A DNA stretch of 64,000 nucleotides from Eledone cirrhosa (taxonomy: Eukaryota): the NCBI GenBank assembly GCA_964016885.1, contig OZ024740.1:115134001-115198000 (forward strand). The letters are read 5' to 3'. A model generated the notes under the pieces. The model saw only the letters and a program-made list of their open reading frames with translations, did not search any database and had not been told where the DNA came from. Numbering within the stretch: the first letter of the stretch is position 1; each line of letters starts with the position of its first letter. Below, piece by piece: positions 14,001 through 29,339 of the stretch. The translations under genes were made by a program, and so were the position numbers.

Positions 14001-15177
14001 ATCTGCATGAAACAGATAACATCATGAGAGTTGAGAAGGAACTCCTTGAGAGATATTCCCTGTGTGATAATCAAAAACTCACACCCAGGGATGTCGCTCA
14101 GCAGTATCGCAATGAATCCATGGATGAAAAACTGCATGCCTATCAGCAAAACATCATGCATGGATATGTTGCCAGGAAGCTCCAGAGCGAGAGTAATATA
14201 GATAAGGAAAGTAGTCTATCTTGGACCAACAACCGCTATATTGGCTCCCACTTTGAAGGATACGCTTTTGCAATCCAAGAACAGGAGATTAGCACGAAAT
14301 ACCTGATTCACAAAAGAGATAGGGATGCAGGCAAAACACCTAGATGTGATAACAAGTGCAGACTCTGCAGAACTAACATCGAGGATATCAAGCATGTCAT
14401 CAGCAGCTGCCCAAAGATGTCATCGCGCTACTATCTACCTATGAGGCATGATGTAGTGGCCAAAACACTGTACAATGCAGTTCGTAAAAAAGATAGCCCC
14501 GATAATAAACACATTGAGAGCTACAGCAGTGTGGAAGACATCCATGTACATAATATGAAAGAGTACTGGTGGAATGTTCCAGTAAAACCCCCAATAAAAT
14601 GCAGGCATAACAGACCAGATATTATGATATGGGACAGGGAGAAGAAAACATGCACAGTAGTGGAAATTAGCTGCCCAGCAGATGCCAATATAATAACAAA
14701 GATTAGTGAAAAGGAGAATATTTATGCAGAACTGATGAGAAATCTGCAGATACTCTACCCTGATTACACCTTCAGATTTATGCCTGTGATTATTGGGGCA
14801 CTGGGATATTTTACTAACTGCCTCAATACAAATATTGAGAAGCTAGGCTTCACAGGAACAGAAAGAACACAACTAGTTAGGAAACTACAAGTACAATCCA
14901 TTAATGGAACAGTAAAAATATGTAAAACATTCCAAAAATGTTGCATCTAATAACTGCATATACACATGTACAGATACAAAGCATATACACATACACACAT
15001 ACAACTCAAAACATCCACATCCACATATACAATAACATCCATATCTACACATGCATGCATACATACATATCTACCTAGTTGATGTTGTGTAAATTCCAAT
15101 GAGAGAGTCTTGTGTCTATGTTAGAAACCGACTCTCTCTGTATTGGTAAAACTTTGTGAAATTATAAAACCAGAATA
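11068..15177 (+). mobile_element. Near-full-length R4/Dong-like non-LTR retrotransposon inserted in (TACA)n
   Basis: 5' end CAGTCAACGCGATC shared with the copy at 19621; single long frameshifted ORF; 3' UTR shared with three other copies; TACA repeats on both flanks. Confidence 0.9.
11280..14950 (+). pseudogene. RT + CCHC zinc knuckle + PD-(D/E)xK restriction-like endonuclease ORF (frameshifts near 12490 and 13140)
   Basis: N-terminal W..E.N.DL..CY..GY..RM...W...HP domain; [70 protein letters not shown]. Confidence 0.9.
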
Positions 15178-15220
15178 ACATACATACATACATACATACA
15201 TAAATACATACATACATACA

Positions 15221-15625
15221 TGGTGGCTGCCAACTAGTTTTCGAGTACGGCCACTACTTTATATCCATGTAGGAGAACCCCTACCGGTGCGCTGACGAGT
15301 GAGACTTCTTAGTCCAGCCAGCGACTTGAAAACTCTGGTACAAACACTACACTTGTGACAATTAATGACACAGTGCTGGGCCCATTGTACCATGTGACGA
15401 CAAGTGCAGAGAGATCTCCAGATATAAAGCAATGCCTGTGCCGTGAAGCTTTTATAGTGAGCAAAGGCACTGCACAAAGCCAGTCCCACTCTCTTAACCA
15501 AGATGATATTTACCAAAAAGAAGAACAAGTCAACATCATTGGATACCATCAAAGTTGCAGGTGTTATATCAGAGTTTTCCTTCTCCTCGAATTCTGCCTT
15601 GACAAAGGCTAAGGGGTCATCTCTC
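15221..15625 (-). mobile_element. RTE-derived non-autonomous element copy
   Basis: Same family as 8777-9187; flanked by (TACA)n. Confidence 0.75.
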
Positions 15626-15650
15626 ATACATACATACATACATACATACA

Positions 15651-15684
<34 letters not shown>

Positions 15685-15974
15685 CAAACGTAAACCTGCA
15701 GCTAGGGAGATAAATGTTATTTATCAGTTTCGTACAAAATGGTATCTAGTGATCTTTTATTATGTAGATTAAAAAGTTTGAATGCTTGACCAGAATAGAT
15801 TTGAGTCATTATATTAGAAAATGGATTTCTCTCATTATAATTTATATGTCGGTGGTTCCAGTGACAAGAACAATGCCAAGAAGAATGATTGTAATAATTT
15901 ATTAGATTAGTTAAACACTACGGTTGCTATCTACAACCGAGTATGATTTGATAGTATATACCATTCCTTCGTTA

Positions 15975-16345
15975 ATAATCGTTTCTGAATTAGGCACAAG
16001 CCCATCAAATTTGGGGAAATGGAAAGTCGATTAAATCGACTCCAGTGCATTACTGGTACTTTATTTATTGACCCCATAAGGATGAAAGGCAAAGCTAACC
16101 TCGGCGTGATTTGAACTCAGAACGTAAAGGGTAGTAATGCTTTTTTAATAATTGTTTCTACTTTAGGAACAAGGCCAGCAATTTGAAGGGGAGGGGAAAA
16201 CTCGACCAAATCGACCTGTGCGTTATTTTATCGACCCCATAAGAATGAAAGGCAAAACTGGGATTTGAACTTAGAACTTAAAGAGCCGTAACTCCATACT
16301 TCGAAGCAGCGTGTCCGACGCTCTACTGATTTCTGCCAATACACA
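15975..16345 (-). mobile_element. Two adjacent tRNA-SINE copies (Meta-like domain)
   Basis: GACCCCATAAG.ATGAAAGGCAAA...GATTTGAACT motif occurs twice. Confidence 0.8.
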
Positions 16346-16705
16346 ACCGTTTCTTCGTTAATAATGTTTGGTGTTCCTGCCATCGTGTGCAGACATACTC
16401 TCTTCCATTCTGCTCTTGGTCGAATGAAACGTCCAGGTTGTGACTGTTGGAAGGCGAGAAGGCAGTAACAGCAATTGGCTTGTAATTTGTTGTCGACCGC
16501 GAAAGTAAGAAAAGCAAAGTAGTCTCCCTTTTTAAATTGACACTTAAGTTTTATAATTGTAGGGATATCATATTTTCGATTGACAAGATACCAGATATAT
16601 GTTTAATCGAATTGTTAGCGATTGCAATAATGATAATTATAATTTCTAAAATAAGTACACGGCCACCATTAAATTGGTCCCTCTCTCTCTCTCTCTCTCT
16701 CTCCC

Positions 16706-16786
<81 letters not shown>

Positions 16787-16989
16787 ATTTGATTGGTATT
16801 TCCTTTTCACAATCCTGAAAGAATGAAAGGCAAAATTTATATCATTGGGCTTTGAACAATAGAACGCTCGCTGGACTGCTTCGAAAGGAATTAGGAGTTG
16901 AATCCTAGTAAGTACATATTTTTACCGCAACATAAGGTCACATTATTTTTCAACACACACGCACACACAAATACATACCTACATACATG

Positions 16990-17475
16990 ATGATGGCTAC
17001 AACTCGATTTCGAGTAATGCCATCGCTTGATACTTAAGCATGAGCATCACGGACATGGCTTTTTAGTCATGTTAGGCACTGAAAAGCCATGTCCAGCTAT
17101 ACAATGCATCGCAAAAAATGTCACATATCAAGCGATGCCTGTACTTGAAGCATTTTTAAGTGAGGAAAGACTTGGCTCGGGGCTAATTCCACTGTCTGAA
17201 CATCAAATTCATTTGCCTAAAAAGAAGAACTGCTCTAAATCATTGGATGCAAATGAAGTCGCAGGATTTAAATAAAAGTGACCTCCTAGAGAGATGTCTT
17301 AACGAAGACCAGGAGTATCTCACTCCACAAAAAGGAAAATTCATTCTTATGTGTGTCCAGAATCACCCTCCACACCAAGAAAGCTTGGTGGGGTTACCGG
17401 TTTAATCACCGACGACACGACCATGCACAGGTTGTACTGGGTTACATGTCACCAGTAGCGTTAAAGAGCGACTTG
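16990..17475 (-). mobile_element. Diverged relative of the RTE-derived element
   Basis: Collinear similarity (AACTCG.TTTCGAGTA..GCCA, GC.ATGCCTGT, ACAGGTTGTACTGGGTTACATGT). Confidence 0.65.
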
Positions 17476-17510
17476 ACATAACATACATATATGAGTGCAT
17501 ACATGCATAC

Positions 17511-18083
17511 ATGGTGGCTGCCAACTCGTTTTCGAGTATGGCCACTACTTTATATCCATGTAGGAGAACCCCTACCGATGCGCTGAACGAGTGTGACTTT
17601 TTAGTCCAGCCAGCGACTTGAAAACTCTGGTACATACACTACACTTGTGACAATTATTGACACATAGTGCTGGGCCCATGGTACCATGTGACAACAAGTG
17701 CAGAGAGATCTCCAGATATAAAGCAATGCCTGTGCCGTGAAGCTTTTATAGTGAGCAGAGACACTGCACAAAGCCAGTCCCACTCTCTTAACCAAGATGA
17801 TATTTACCAACAAGAAGAACAAGTCAACATCATTGGATACCATCAGAGTTGCAGGTGTTATATCAGTTTTCCTTCTCCTAGAATTCTGCCTTGACAAAGG
17901 CTAAGGGGTCATCTCTCCCGGTGCTTTTGGATGGTCATTGAATCTTAAGAGCTCCTTTGCCCTTTGACAGGTTTTGGTTTTAATCCTGCAGGATGTCCAA
18001 AGTCACCCTCCTCACCAGTTGGTGCTACTGGTAACATGTATTCCAGTACAACCTGTCCAATGGTCGGGTCGTTGGCGACTAAA
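17511..18083 (-). mobile_element. Longest (probably complete, ~570 bp) RTE-derived non-autonomous element
   Basis: Includes the RTE-like leader GGTGAGGAGGGTGAC...AAAACCAAAACCTGTCAAAGG plus the 3' zinc-finger remnant; CATA repeats on both flanks. Confidence 0.75.
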
Positions 18084-18209
18084 CATGCATACATACATAC
18101 ATGCATGCATACATACGTACGTACATACATACATACATACATACATACATACATACATACATACATACATACATACATACATACATACATACATACGTAC
18201 ATACATACA

Positions 18210-18740
18210 TGATGGCTGTCCCCTCGTTATTGAGTATGGCCATTGCATGATATAGCATTATTAATAATTATTAATTAATTCTATCGTGCAATGCCTGTGC
18301 GTGAAGATATTTTTTAAAGTGAGGAAAGACTGTGCACTGAGCCAATCGCACTCTCTGAGCGACAGTAGCTATAACCCGAAAAGAAGAAAAGATCAACATC
18401 ATCGGTAACTACTGAGCCACAGGTTTTATGTTGGAGTTATCTCAGTTTCCTGAGTTGCCTTCTAGAAGAATGCCCTGAAAAACGCTAGCGGTCCTTCAAT
18501 CTAGGTGGTTTAACCGCGCGGTACATGTGTATATACATATTTACACACTTTTGGATGGCCGTTGACTCTTATGAGTTCTTCCGCCCTTTCTCAGGTTTTG
18601 TTTTTTGTCCTGCAGGGTGTCCATAATCACCCTCCTCACCGAGTAAACTTTGTGAGGTTGCCGGTTTACTCTCCGACAACCCGACCATGCGACAGGTTGT
18701 ACTGGGTTACATGTTATCAGTAGCACTCAAGGTTGACTCA
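18210..18740 (-). mobile_element. Diverged RTE-derived pieces (3'-type part 18210-18520; 5' leader 18545-18740)
   Basis: Similarity to 17511-18083 (GCAATGCCTGTGC.GTGAAG; GGATGGCCGTTGACTCTTA; CACCCTCCTCACC). Confidence 0.65.
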
Positions 18741-18842
18741 TAATACATACATACATACATACATACATACATACATACATACATACATACATACATACAT
18801 ACATACATACATACATACATACATACATACATACATACATAC

Positions 18843-19141
18843 ATGGTGGCTGCCAACTCGTTTTCGACTACGGCCACTACTTTATATCCATGTAGGAGAA
18901 CCCCTACCGATGTGCTGAACGATTGTGACTTTTTAGTCCAGCCAGCGACTTGAAAACTCTGGTACAAACACTACACTTGTGACACATAGTGCTGGGCCCA
19001 TGGTACCATGTGACGACAAGTGCAGAGAGATCTCCAGATATAAAGCAATGCCTGTGCCGTGAAGCTTTTATAGTGAGCAAAGGCACTGCACAAAGCCAGT
19101 CCCACTCTCTTAACCAAGATGATATTTACCAAAAACAAGAA
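18843..19141 (-). mobile_element. RTE-derived non-autonomous element copy
   Basis: Same family; ORF track gives CHKCSVCTRVFKSLAGLKSHNRSAHR. Confidence 0.75.
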
Positions 19142-19195
19142 CATACATACATACATACATACATACATACATACATACATACATACATACATGCA

Positions 19196-19552
19196 TACAA
19201 ATCTTGAGAAGCTAGGCTTCACAGAAACAGAAAGAACACAACTAGTTAGGAAATTACAAGTACAATCCATTAATGGAACATTAAAAATATGTAAAACATT
19301 CCAAAAATGTTGCATCTAATAACTGCATATACATATGTACAGATACAAAGCATATACACATGCAGACATACAACTCGAAACATACACATCCACACATACA
19401 ATAACATCCATATCTACACAGGCATGCATGCAGACATACATACATATCTACCTAGTTGATGTGTAAATTCCAATGAGAGAGTCTTGTGTCTATGTTAGAA
19501 ACCGACTCTCTCTCTATTGGTAAAACATTGTGAAATTATAAAACCAGAAGAA
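19196..19552 (+). mobile_element. 5'-truncated R4/Dong-like 3' end in (TACA)n
   Basis: Matches 14828-15177. Confidence 0.85.
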
Positions 19553-19620
19553 CATACATACATACATACATACATACATACATACATACATACATACATA
19601 CATACATACATACATACATA

Positions 19621-21282
19621 CAGTCAACGCGATCAGTCGCATATTTTGGCGTGGGAGACTATTTATTAAATTTAAGATGAATACTATCTCCGACAGTAAT
19701 GCCACAACTACAGTCAGTTTGAATAACTGGTTATTCTTCTAACTACATCTTCTGAAGACACCTTTTATTCGAATTCTAGAGATATCCGACTAAATACATA
19801 ATTCATTTTACAAGGATTTGCTACAAACAGCGTGGCTGAACACAACATCAACAACGAAATTAAGGAAGTACCGAAGACAAACAACAAGGAAGGTAATCAA
19901 ACTTTATTCAGTTGTAGCTACAGAAGAAACCGAAATTATAAATCGCATTTCTCTTGGAGTTGTGAACTTAATAATGATTTATTTAATTGTTATAAAATGA
20001 CAAAAAAGAATCCCACCATTGGCTATATGAATAGAATGAAGCTACACTGTTGTGGAAAATACTATCGATAATGATAATCAAAAGTATAAACAATTGAAAA
20101 TTTTCCCCAATGAAATCTTCCAGAGAGAAATTAACTCATGTATAAATATCTCTCTGGCTGAACGTGTTAAAATGACAATGGTGAATAAAAAACTAAATAA
20201 TGAAATACTACGTGTTATTGACGAAATAGGGGATGAATATTTACGACGCATAAAAACCCCAACATTTTGGCAAATCAACGCCTGTTTATATGCCTTAGCA
20301 ATGACAGTGAAGCATTATCTTGGTGAGAGCAGAGATATTAACAAGAACAAAACACCACCAAAATTACCATCATATATAACTAAAATAGAAAAAAAGAGTG
20401 CTGACCTACGAAAAAATATAGGACATGTGATAATGCTCCTTACATGCAAACAAACACAAAAAAACCTCACTCCTCAGCAACAAAGAGTGAAAAATAAAAT
20501 AGAGACGATGTTTGGTAACAGTAGAACCAGAACACTCCAATATAAGCTGATCACCCTCAAACAAGAATTGAGAGCTGTTAGCGAAAAACGACAATACCTG
20601 AAGAACGTAGATGAGAGTAAAAGCACGGCATAACAGACCAGATATTATGATATGGGACATATGATAGCCCCGATAATAAACACATTAAAAGCTACAGCAA
20701 TGTGGAAGATATCCATGTACATAATATGAAAGAGTACTGGTGGAATGTTCCAGTAAAAACCCCAATAAAATGAAGGCATAACAGACTAGATATTATGATA
20801 TGGGACAGGGAGAAGAAAACATGTACAGTAGTGGAAATTAGCTGCCCAACAGATGCCAATATAATAACAAAGATTAGTGAAAAGAAGAATATTTCTGCCG
20901 AACTGATGAGAAATCTGCAGATACTCCACCCTGATTACACCTTCAGATTTATGCCTGTGATTATTGGGGCATTGGGATATGTTAGTAACTGCCTCAATAC
21001 AAATTTTGAGAAGCTAGGCATCACAGGAACAGAAAGAACACAACTAGTTAGGAAATTACAAGTACAATCCATTAATGGAACAGTAAAAATATGTAAAACA
21101 TTCCAAACATTTTGCATCTAATAACTGCATATACATATGTACAGATGCAAAGCATATACACATGCATGCATACATATCCACCTAGTTGATGTTGTGTAAA
21201 TTCCAATGAGAGAGTCTTGTGTCTATGTTAGAAACCGACTCTCTCTCTATTGGTAAAACTTTGTGAAATTATAAAACCAGAA
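19621..21282 (+). mobile_element. Internally deleted R4/Dong-like copy (both termini, no RT)
   Basis: Matches 11068-11497, 11825-12400 and 14490-15177 of the long copy. Confidence 0.9.
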
Positions 21283-21571
21283 CATACATACATACATACA
21301 CACATACATGTGACGGCTTGAAAACACCTGCTTTTTTTGCGAGAAATATTTTTCGTTTCTGTTTCTGCTTAATATTCCCTCTCTTTCTTACTGTTCTTTA
21401 ATTTCACATTCTGACGAAGGACCAGCGTCTTAAAAGTTAAAGCATTTTTTATTATATTAAGTGTGAAACTAATACGTATCTTGATTGATCTTACTCGTCT
21501 ATTGTGTTTCCCCCTTTACATTTCACACATACACACACACAAACAAACAAACAAACAAACAAACAAACAAA

Positions 21572-21668
<97 letters not shown>

Positions 21669-21669
21669 T

Positions 21670-22290
21670 AAAATATTAAAATATCAAATTAAAGTTCAAG
21701 CAAAGAATCGCTGCTTTCACCCTTAACGGGATCTTCTGAAACTAAAAAAGTGAATCTGTGAACGCAGAAGTAATTATTTCAAAAAACGTTGCAACCGAGG
21801 GAAGATAGGAAGACGATACTTTGGTTCGTGGAAACGTTCCCTGGCAAAGAACGGAAAAAAACGAAGATTATTTGGTGCGGTGAAAACAATTACACGCAAA
21901 GACAAAACCACGTTTATGGTATAAATGAAGTCGAAGACTAATATTCTATTAGGTGGTTCATGGAGACGTTCTCTGGCAATCAACGGAAAAAACGAAGATA
22001 ATACGTTCTTATGAGGAGCGAAGAGAACAATTACACGCAAAGACAAAACCACGTAAATGGTATAAAAGAAGTCGTGAACTAAAATTCTATTTAGGAAACG
22101 GAATGATTCTCGGCTTAGAATAAAGTAAATAAAATATCGTCTTCCTCTCTTCCTTCGGTTGCAACGTCTTTTTTGAAATATTTACTTCTGCGTTCACAGA
22201 TTGACTTTTTTAGTTTCAGAAGATCCCGTTAAGGGTGAAAGCAGCGATTTTTTGCTTAAACTTTAATCTGTTGTTTTAATAAATATTTGC
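21670..22290. repeat. Inverted repeat (~150-bp arms) enclosing a ~130-bp direct duplication; hammerhead-like variant in the arms
   Basis: 21670-21818 vs 22135-22290 are reverse-complementary; ACAATTACACGCAAAGACAAAACCACGT is repeated inside; CAGAAGA UCCC GUUAA GGGU GAAA at 22217-22240. Confidence 0.85.
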
Positions 22291-22397
22291 TACGGTTCTT
22301 ATATATCTGATATATATTTATCCTTATCGAGCTCTCTTTGGATTTTAGTCTTCAAATTTATTATTATTACTATATATATATATATACCTATATGTAT

Positions 22398-22475
<78 letters not shown>

Positions 22476-22666
22476 ATAAATTTGTATGTTTGTGAATGCA
22501 CATTATTATTTACGAATACATATATACATTCATATATATATAATAAATGTAATCTGAGTTTTTCGAATATTAATAATAACATTCGATTCGTTTGCAATTA
22601 TGCAAACAAGCCTCAATTTTAAAGCCATGTCAGTAGAATGAACCTTTTATTCTTGCTCTTTTGTTA

Positions 22667-22711
22667 GCAGACACTAATGTTTCTGGGTATCACCCTTCAT
22701 CAGTGCAGCTC
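22667..22711 (-). ncRNA. Hammerhead ribozyme (type I, intact core)
   Basis: GAGCUGCA CUGAUGA A GGGU GAU ACCC A GAAAC AUUAGU GUC UGC; sibling copies 23134-23184 and 23787-23835 (+) show the full stem I (GAGCUGUA/UGCAGUUC) but have core lesions. Confidence 0.8.
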
Positions 22712-23284
22712 ACTGTTCACCTACCAAACTGTCAGAGCTTGTGAAAATATATGCTATTTTTAAAATACACAGTGACTGATCGGCCTAATTTGTATATTGG
22801 CAGAATGGTTGATCAGTCAGATCTGCATGTTAGCAGATCCACTGATTATCCAGATTTGCATATCAGCAGACTGGCCAGTCAATTTCCTGTATAAATGGCC
22901 GGCTTTGCCAAATTCAAATAAAAAACCTATTTTTCGCTCTACATGGCTGAATACAATATATGTAATCTGAGTTTTTCGAATATTAATAATAACATTCGAT
23001 TCGTTTGCAATTATGCAAACAAGCCTCAATTTTATAGCCATGTCAGCAGAATGAACTCTTCATTCTTGCTCTTGTGTTGGCATGTGAACAGCATATATTT
23101 TCACTAGCTCTGACAGTTTGGCAGGTGAACAGTGAGCTGTACTGATGAAGGGTGACAACTCAAAAACATTAGTGTATGTAGTTCTGTTCGCAAGCCAGTA
23201 TAAGAGCAAGAATGAAGTGTTCATTCTACTGACATGGCTATAAAATTGAGGCTTGTTTGCATAATTGCAAACGAATCGAATGTT

Positions 23285-23468
23285 GGATTGGCAGTATTGG
23301 GAGAGGGTCGGACGCCATGCTTTGACGTATAGAGTTACGGCCCTTGCCATTCTGAGTTCAAATCCCGCCGAGGTTAACTTTGCCTTTCATCCTTACGGGG
23401 TCGATACAATAAAGTACCAGTAATGCACTGGATATTTGCTGGCCTTGTGCCTAACGTAGAAACAATTA
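23285..23468 (+). mobile_element. tRNA-derived SINE nested in the hammerhead repeat
   Basis: Same family as 2566-2752; interrupts GAATGTT|ATTAATATT. Confidence 0.88.
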
Positions 23469-23996
23469 TTAATATTAGAAAAACTCAGATTACATTTATT
23501 GTATTCAGCCATGTAGAGCGAAATTTTCTTTTTTTATTTTGAACTTGGAAAAACCGGCAATTTATCGCTCGTATACTGGAAACTAACTGGCCAGTCTGCT
23601 GATATACAAATCTGGCTGATCAGTGGATCTGCTACTATGCAGATCTGACTGATCAGCCAGTCTGCTAATATACAAATCTGGCTGATCAGTAGATCTGCTA
23701 ATATGCAAATCAGGCCGATCAGTCACTGTGTATTTTTGAAAATAGCATATATTTTCACTAGCTCTGACATTTCGCAGGTGAGCAGTGAGCTGTACTATGA
23801 AGGGTGATACCCAGAAACATTAGTGTCTGCAGTTCTGTTCGCATGCCAACATAAGAGCAAGGATGAAGTGTTCATTCTACTGACATGGCTATACAATTGA
23901 GGCTTGTTTGTATAATTGCAAATGAATCGAATGTTATTAATATTCGAAAAACTCAGATTACATATATATATATATATATATATAGCGGCGATGAAT

Positions 23997-24603
23997 TAGT
24001 TTTGCGAGGTTTTTTATATGAAATCGTGTGTCGAAACAGATATTGTTATATTTGGGGAGGGTCATATTTGCGTAATATTGCCAGAATTAATAACAGAACA
24101 CACTCACTGTTTGGTTGGTTTTCGCTTCTCGCTGTCTTTTATATATATATATCTGCGATCTAACTTACTCGGTCCTCAATGTTGCCATTGACTGACCGGC
24201 GGTCAAAAATAATACAGATACAATATAGACACAAACACATATATATATAGTTTACATAGTTTACATAAATCTTTCGTTGCACATCTGCAGAGACTGAACA
24301 AAAAAATGGCGTAGACATACAACACAACAGGAGGAACAATGAATATAACACCACTGACGATGTTGCAGATGTGCAACGAAAGATTTATGTAAATTATGTA
24401 AACTATATATATGTGTTTGTGTCTATATTGTATCTGTATTGTTTTTGACCGCCGGTCAGTCAATGGCAACATTGAGGACCGAGTAAGTTAGATCGCAGAT
24501 ATATATATATAAAAGACAGCGAGAAGCGAAAACCAACCAAACAGTGAGTGTGTTCTGTTATTAATTCTGGCAATATTACGCAAATATGACCCTCCCCAAA
24601 TAT

Positions 24604-24610
<7 letters not shown>
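23997..24610. mobile_element. Solo inverted pseudo-LTR pair of the PLE at 34310-38185
   Basis: 23997-24288 matches 34310-34600; 24292-24610 matches 37867-38185; (TA)n flanks; CUGACGA..GAAA motif at 24354-24381. Confidence 0.92.
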
Positions 24611-24671
<61 letters not shown>

Positions 24672-24714
24672 GAGAGTATTGAAGTTTGCTTGAAGCATTG
24701 TGGAATAATAAGAT

Positions 24715-27922
<3,208 letters not shown>

Positions 27923-27938
27923 AAAGAAAAAAAAAAAA

Positions 27939-28183
<245 letters not shown>

Positions 28184-28255
28184 TGTTATACTCTGCTATG
28201 TATTGAGTACCTTACTTACTGTGGTTACCTCCGATTCAACCCGGAATAACTTACC

Positions 28256-28294
<39 letters not shown>

Positions 28295-28357
28295 ATATAT
28301 ATATGTAAGTATGTATGTATACGTACATACATATATGTATACAGACGTACTGTAGCA

Positions 28358-28415
<58 letters not shown>

Positions 28416-28564
28416 CAGATACACATATATATATGTACGTATCAGTTTAGCGAACGTTTATTATAACGCCCGCTTTGTTCGTTTGTAAACAACCGAACAG
28501 CCTGATTTATGCCATACGGTGTTAAGGCAACCACGTCACCTTTTTGTTCAACACTGACACAGGA

Positions 28565-28607
28565 ACGATGTACTAGTTTCAAGCTTGTTAGCTATCATCA
28601 GCACCGT
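28565..28607 (-). ncRNA. Hammerhead ribozyme (minimal type I)
   Basis: Exact inverted copy of 28881-28923. Confidence 0.88.
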
Positions 28608-28880
28608 ATACCCTTCTGCCAGATAGTTGAACGTTCGAAAGTATATACTTTCCTATGAAAATTAACTGCTGAGCAGCCTAATTTGCATATCGAGTGAGTT
28701 AAGTCGGCCAGGCGTACCGAAAACGATAAGTTGTAATATAATGAAACGAAATTTCATTTCTCACTCTTAGTACGCCTGGCCGACTTAACTCACTCGATAT
28801 GCAAATTAGGCTGCTCAGCAGTTAATTTTCATAAGGAAAGTATATACTTTCGAACGTTCAACTATCTGGCAGAAGGGTAT

Positions 28881-28923
28881 ACGGTGCTGATGATAGCTAA
28901 CAAGCTTGAAACTAGTACATCGT
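28881..28923 (+). ncRNA. Hammerhead ribozyme (minimal type I)
   Basis: ACGGUG CUGAUGA U AGCU AACA AGCU U GAAAC UA GUA CAUCGU: 6-bp stem I, 4-bp stem II, palindromic stem III ACUAGU, GUA site. Confidence 0.88.
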
Positions 28924-29072
28924 TCCTGTGTCAGTGTTGAACAAAAAGGTGACGTGGTTGCCTTAACACCGTATGGCATAAATCAGGCTGTTCGCTTGTT
29001 TACAAACGAACAAAGCGGGCGTTATAATAAACGTTCGCTAAACTGATACGTACACATATATATGTGTACCTG

Positions 29073-29110
<38 letters not shown>

Positions 29111-29221
29111 TGCTACAGTACGTCTGTATACATATATGTATGTACGTATACATACATACTTACATTTAAGTAAGTGCCGTACTAAGAGTGAGAAATGAAA
29201 TTTCGTTTCATTATATTACAA

Positions 29222-29280
<59 letters not shown>

Positions 29281-29339
29281 GTGAGGTTTTTTTCACAAAT
29301 GAAAAATAACCGAGGTGTCCTACACGAGTGAAAGTATAA

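Larger units (their letters stand above)
22545..23965. mobile_element. Non-coding partial-tandem + inverted repeat element (~410-470-bp unit) with hammerheads; pLTR/retrozyme-like
   Basis: TGTAATCTGAGTTTTTCGAATATT repeats at 22548 and 22961, with inverted copies at ~23470 and ~23940; three hammerhead copies; flanked by TA tracts. Confidence 0.8.
28304..29226. mobile_element. Large inverted duplication (~400-bp arms) of a non-coding hammerhead-bearing unit in (TA)n
   Basis: 28304-28717 is the reverse complement of 28770-29165; spacer 28727-28773 recurs inverted at 29179-29226. Confidence 0.92.

Noticed and set aside
21405-21445. CUGACGA AGGAC CAGC GUCUU AAAA hammerhead-like motif
   Set aside because: GAAA is mutated and stems I and III are not convincing; left out of the counts.
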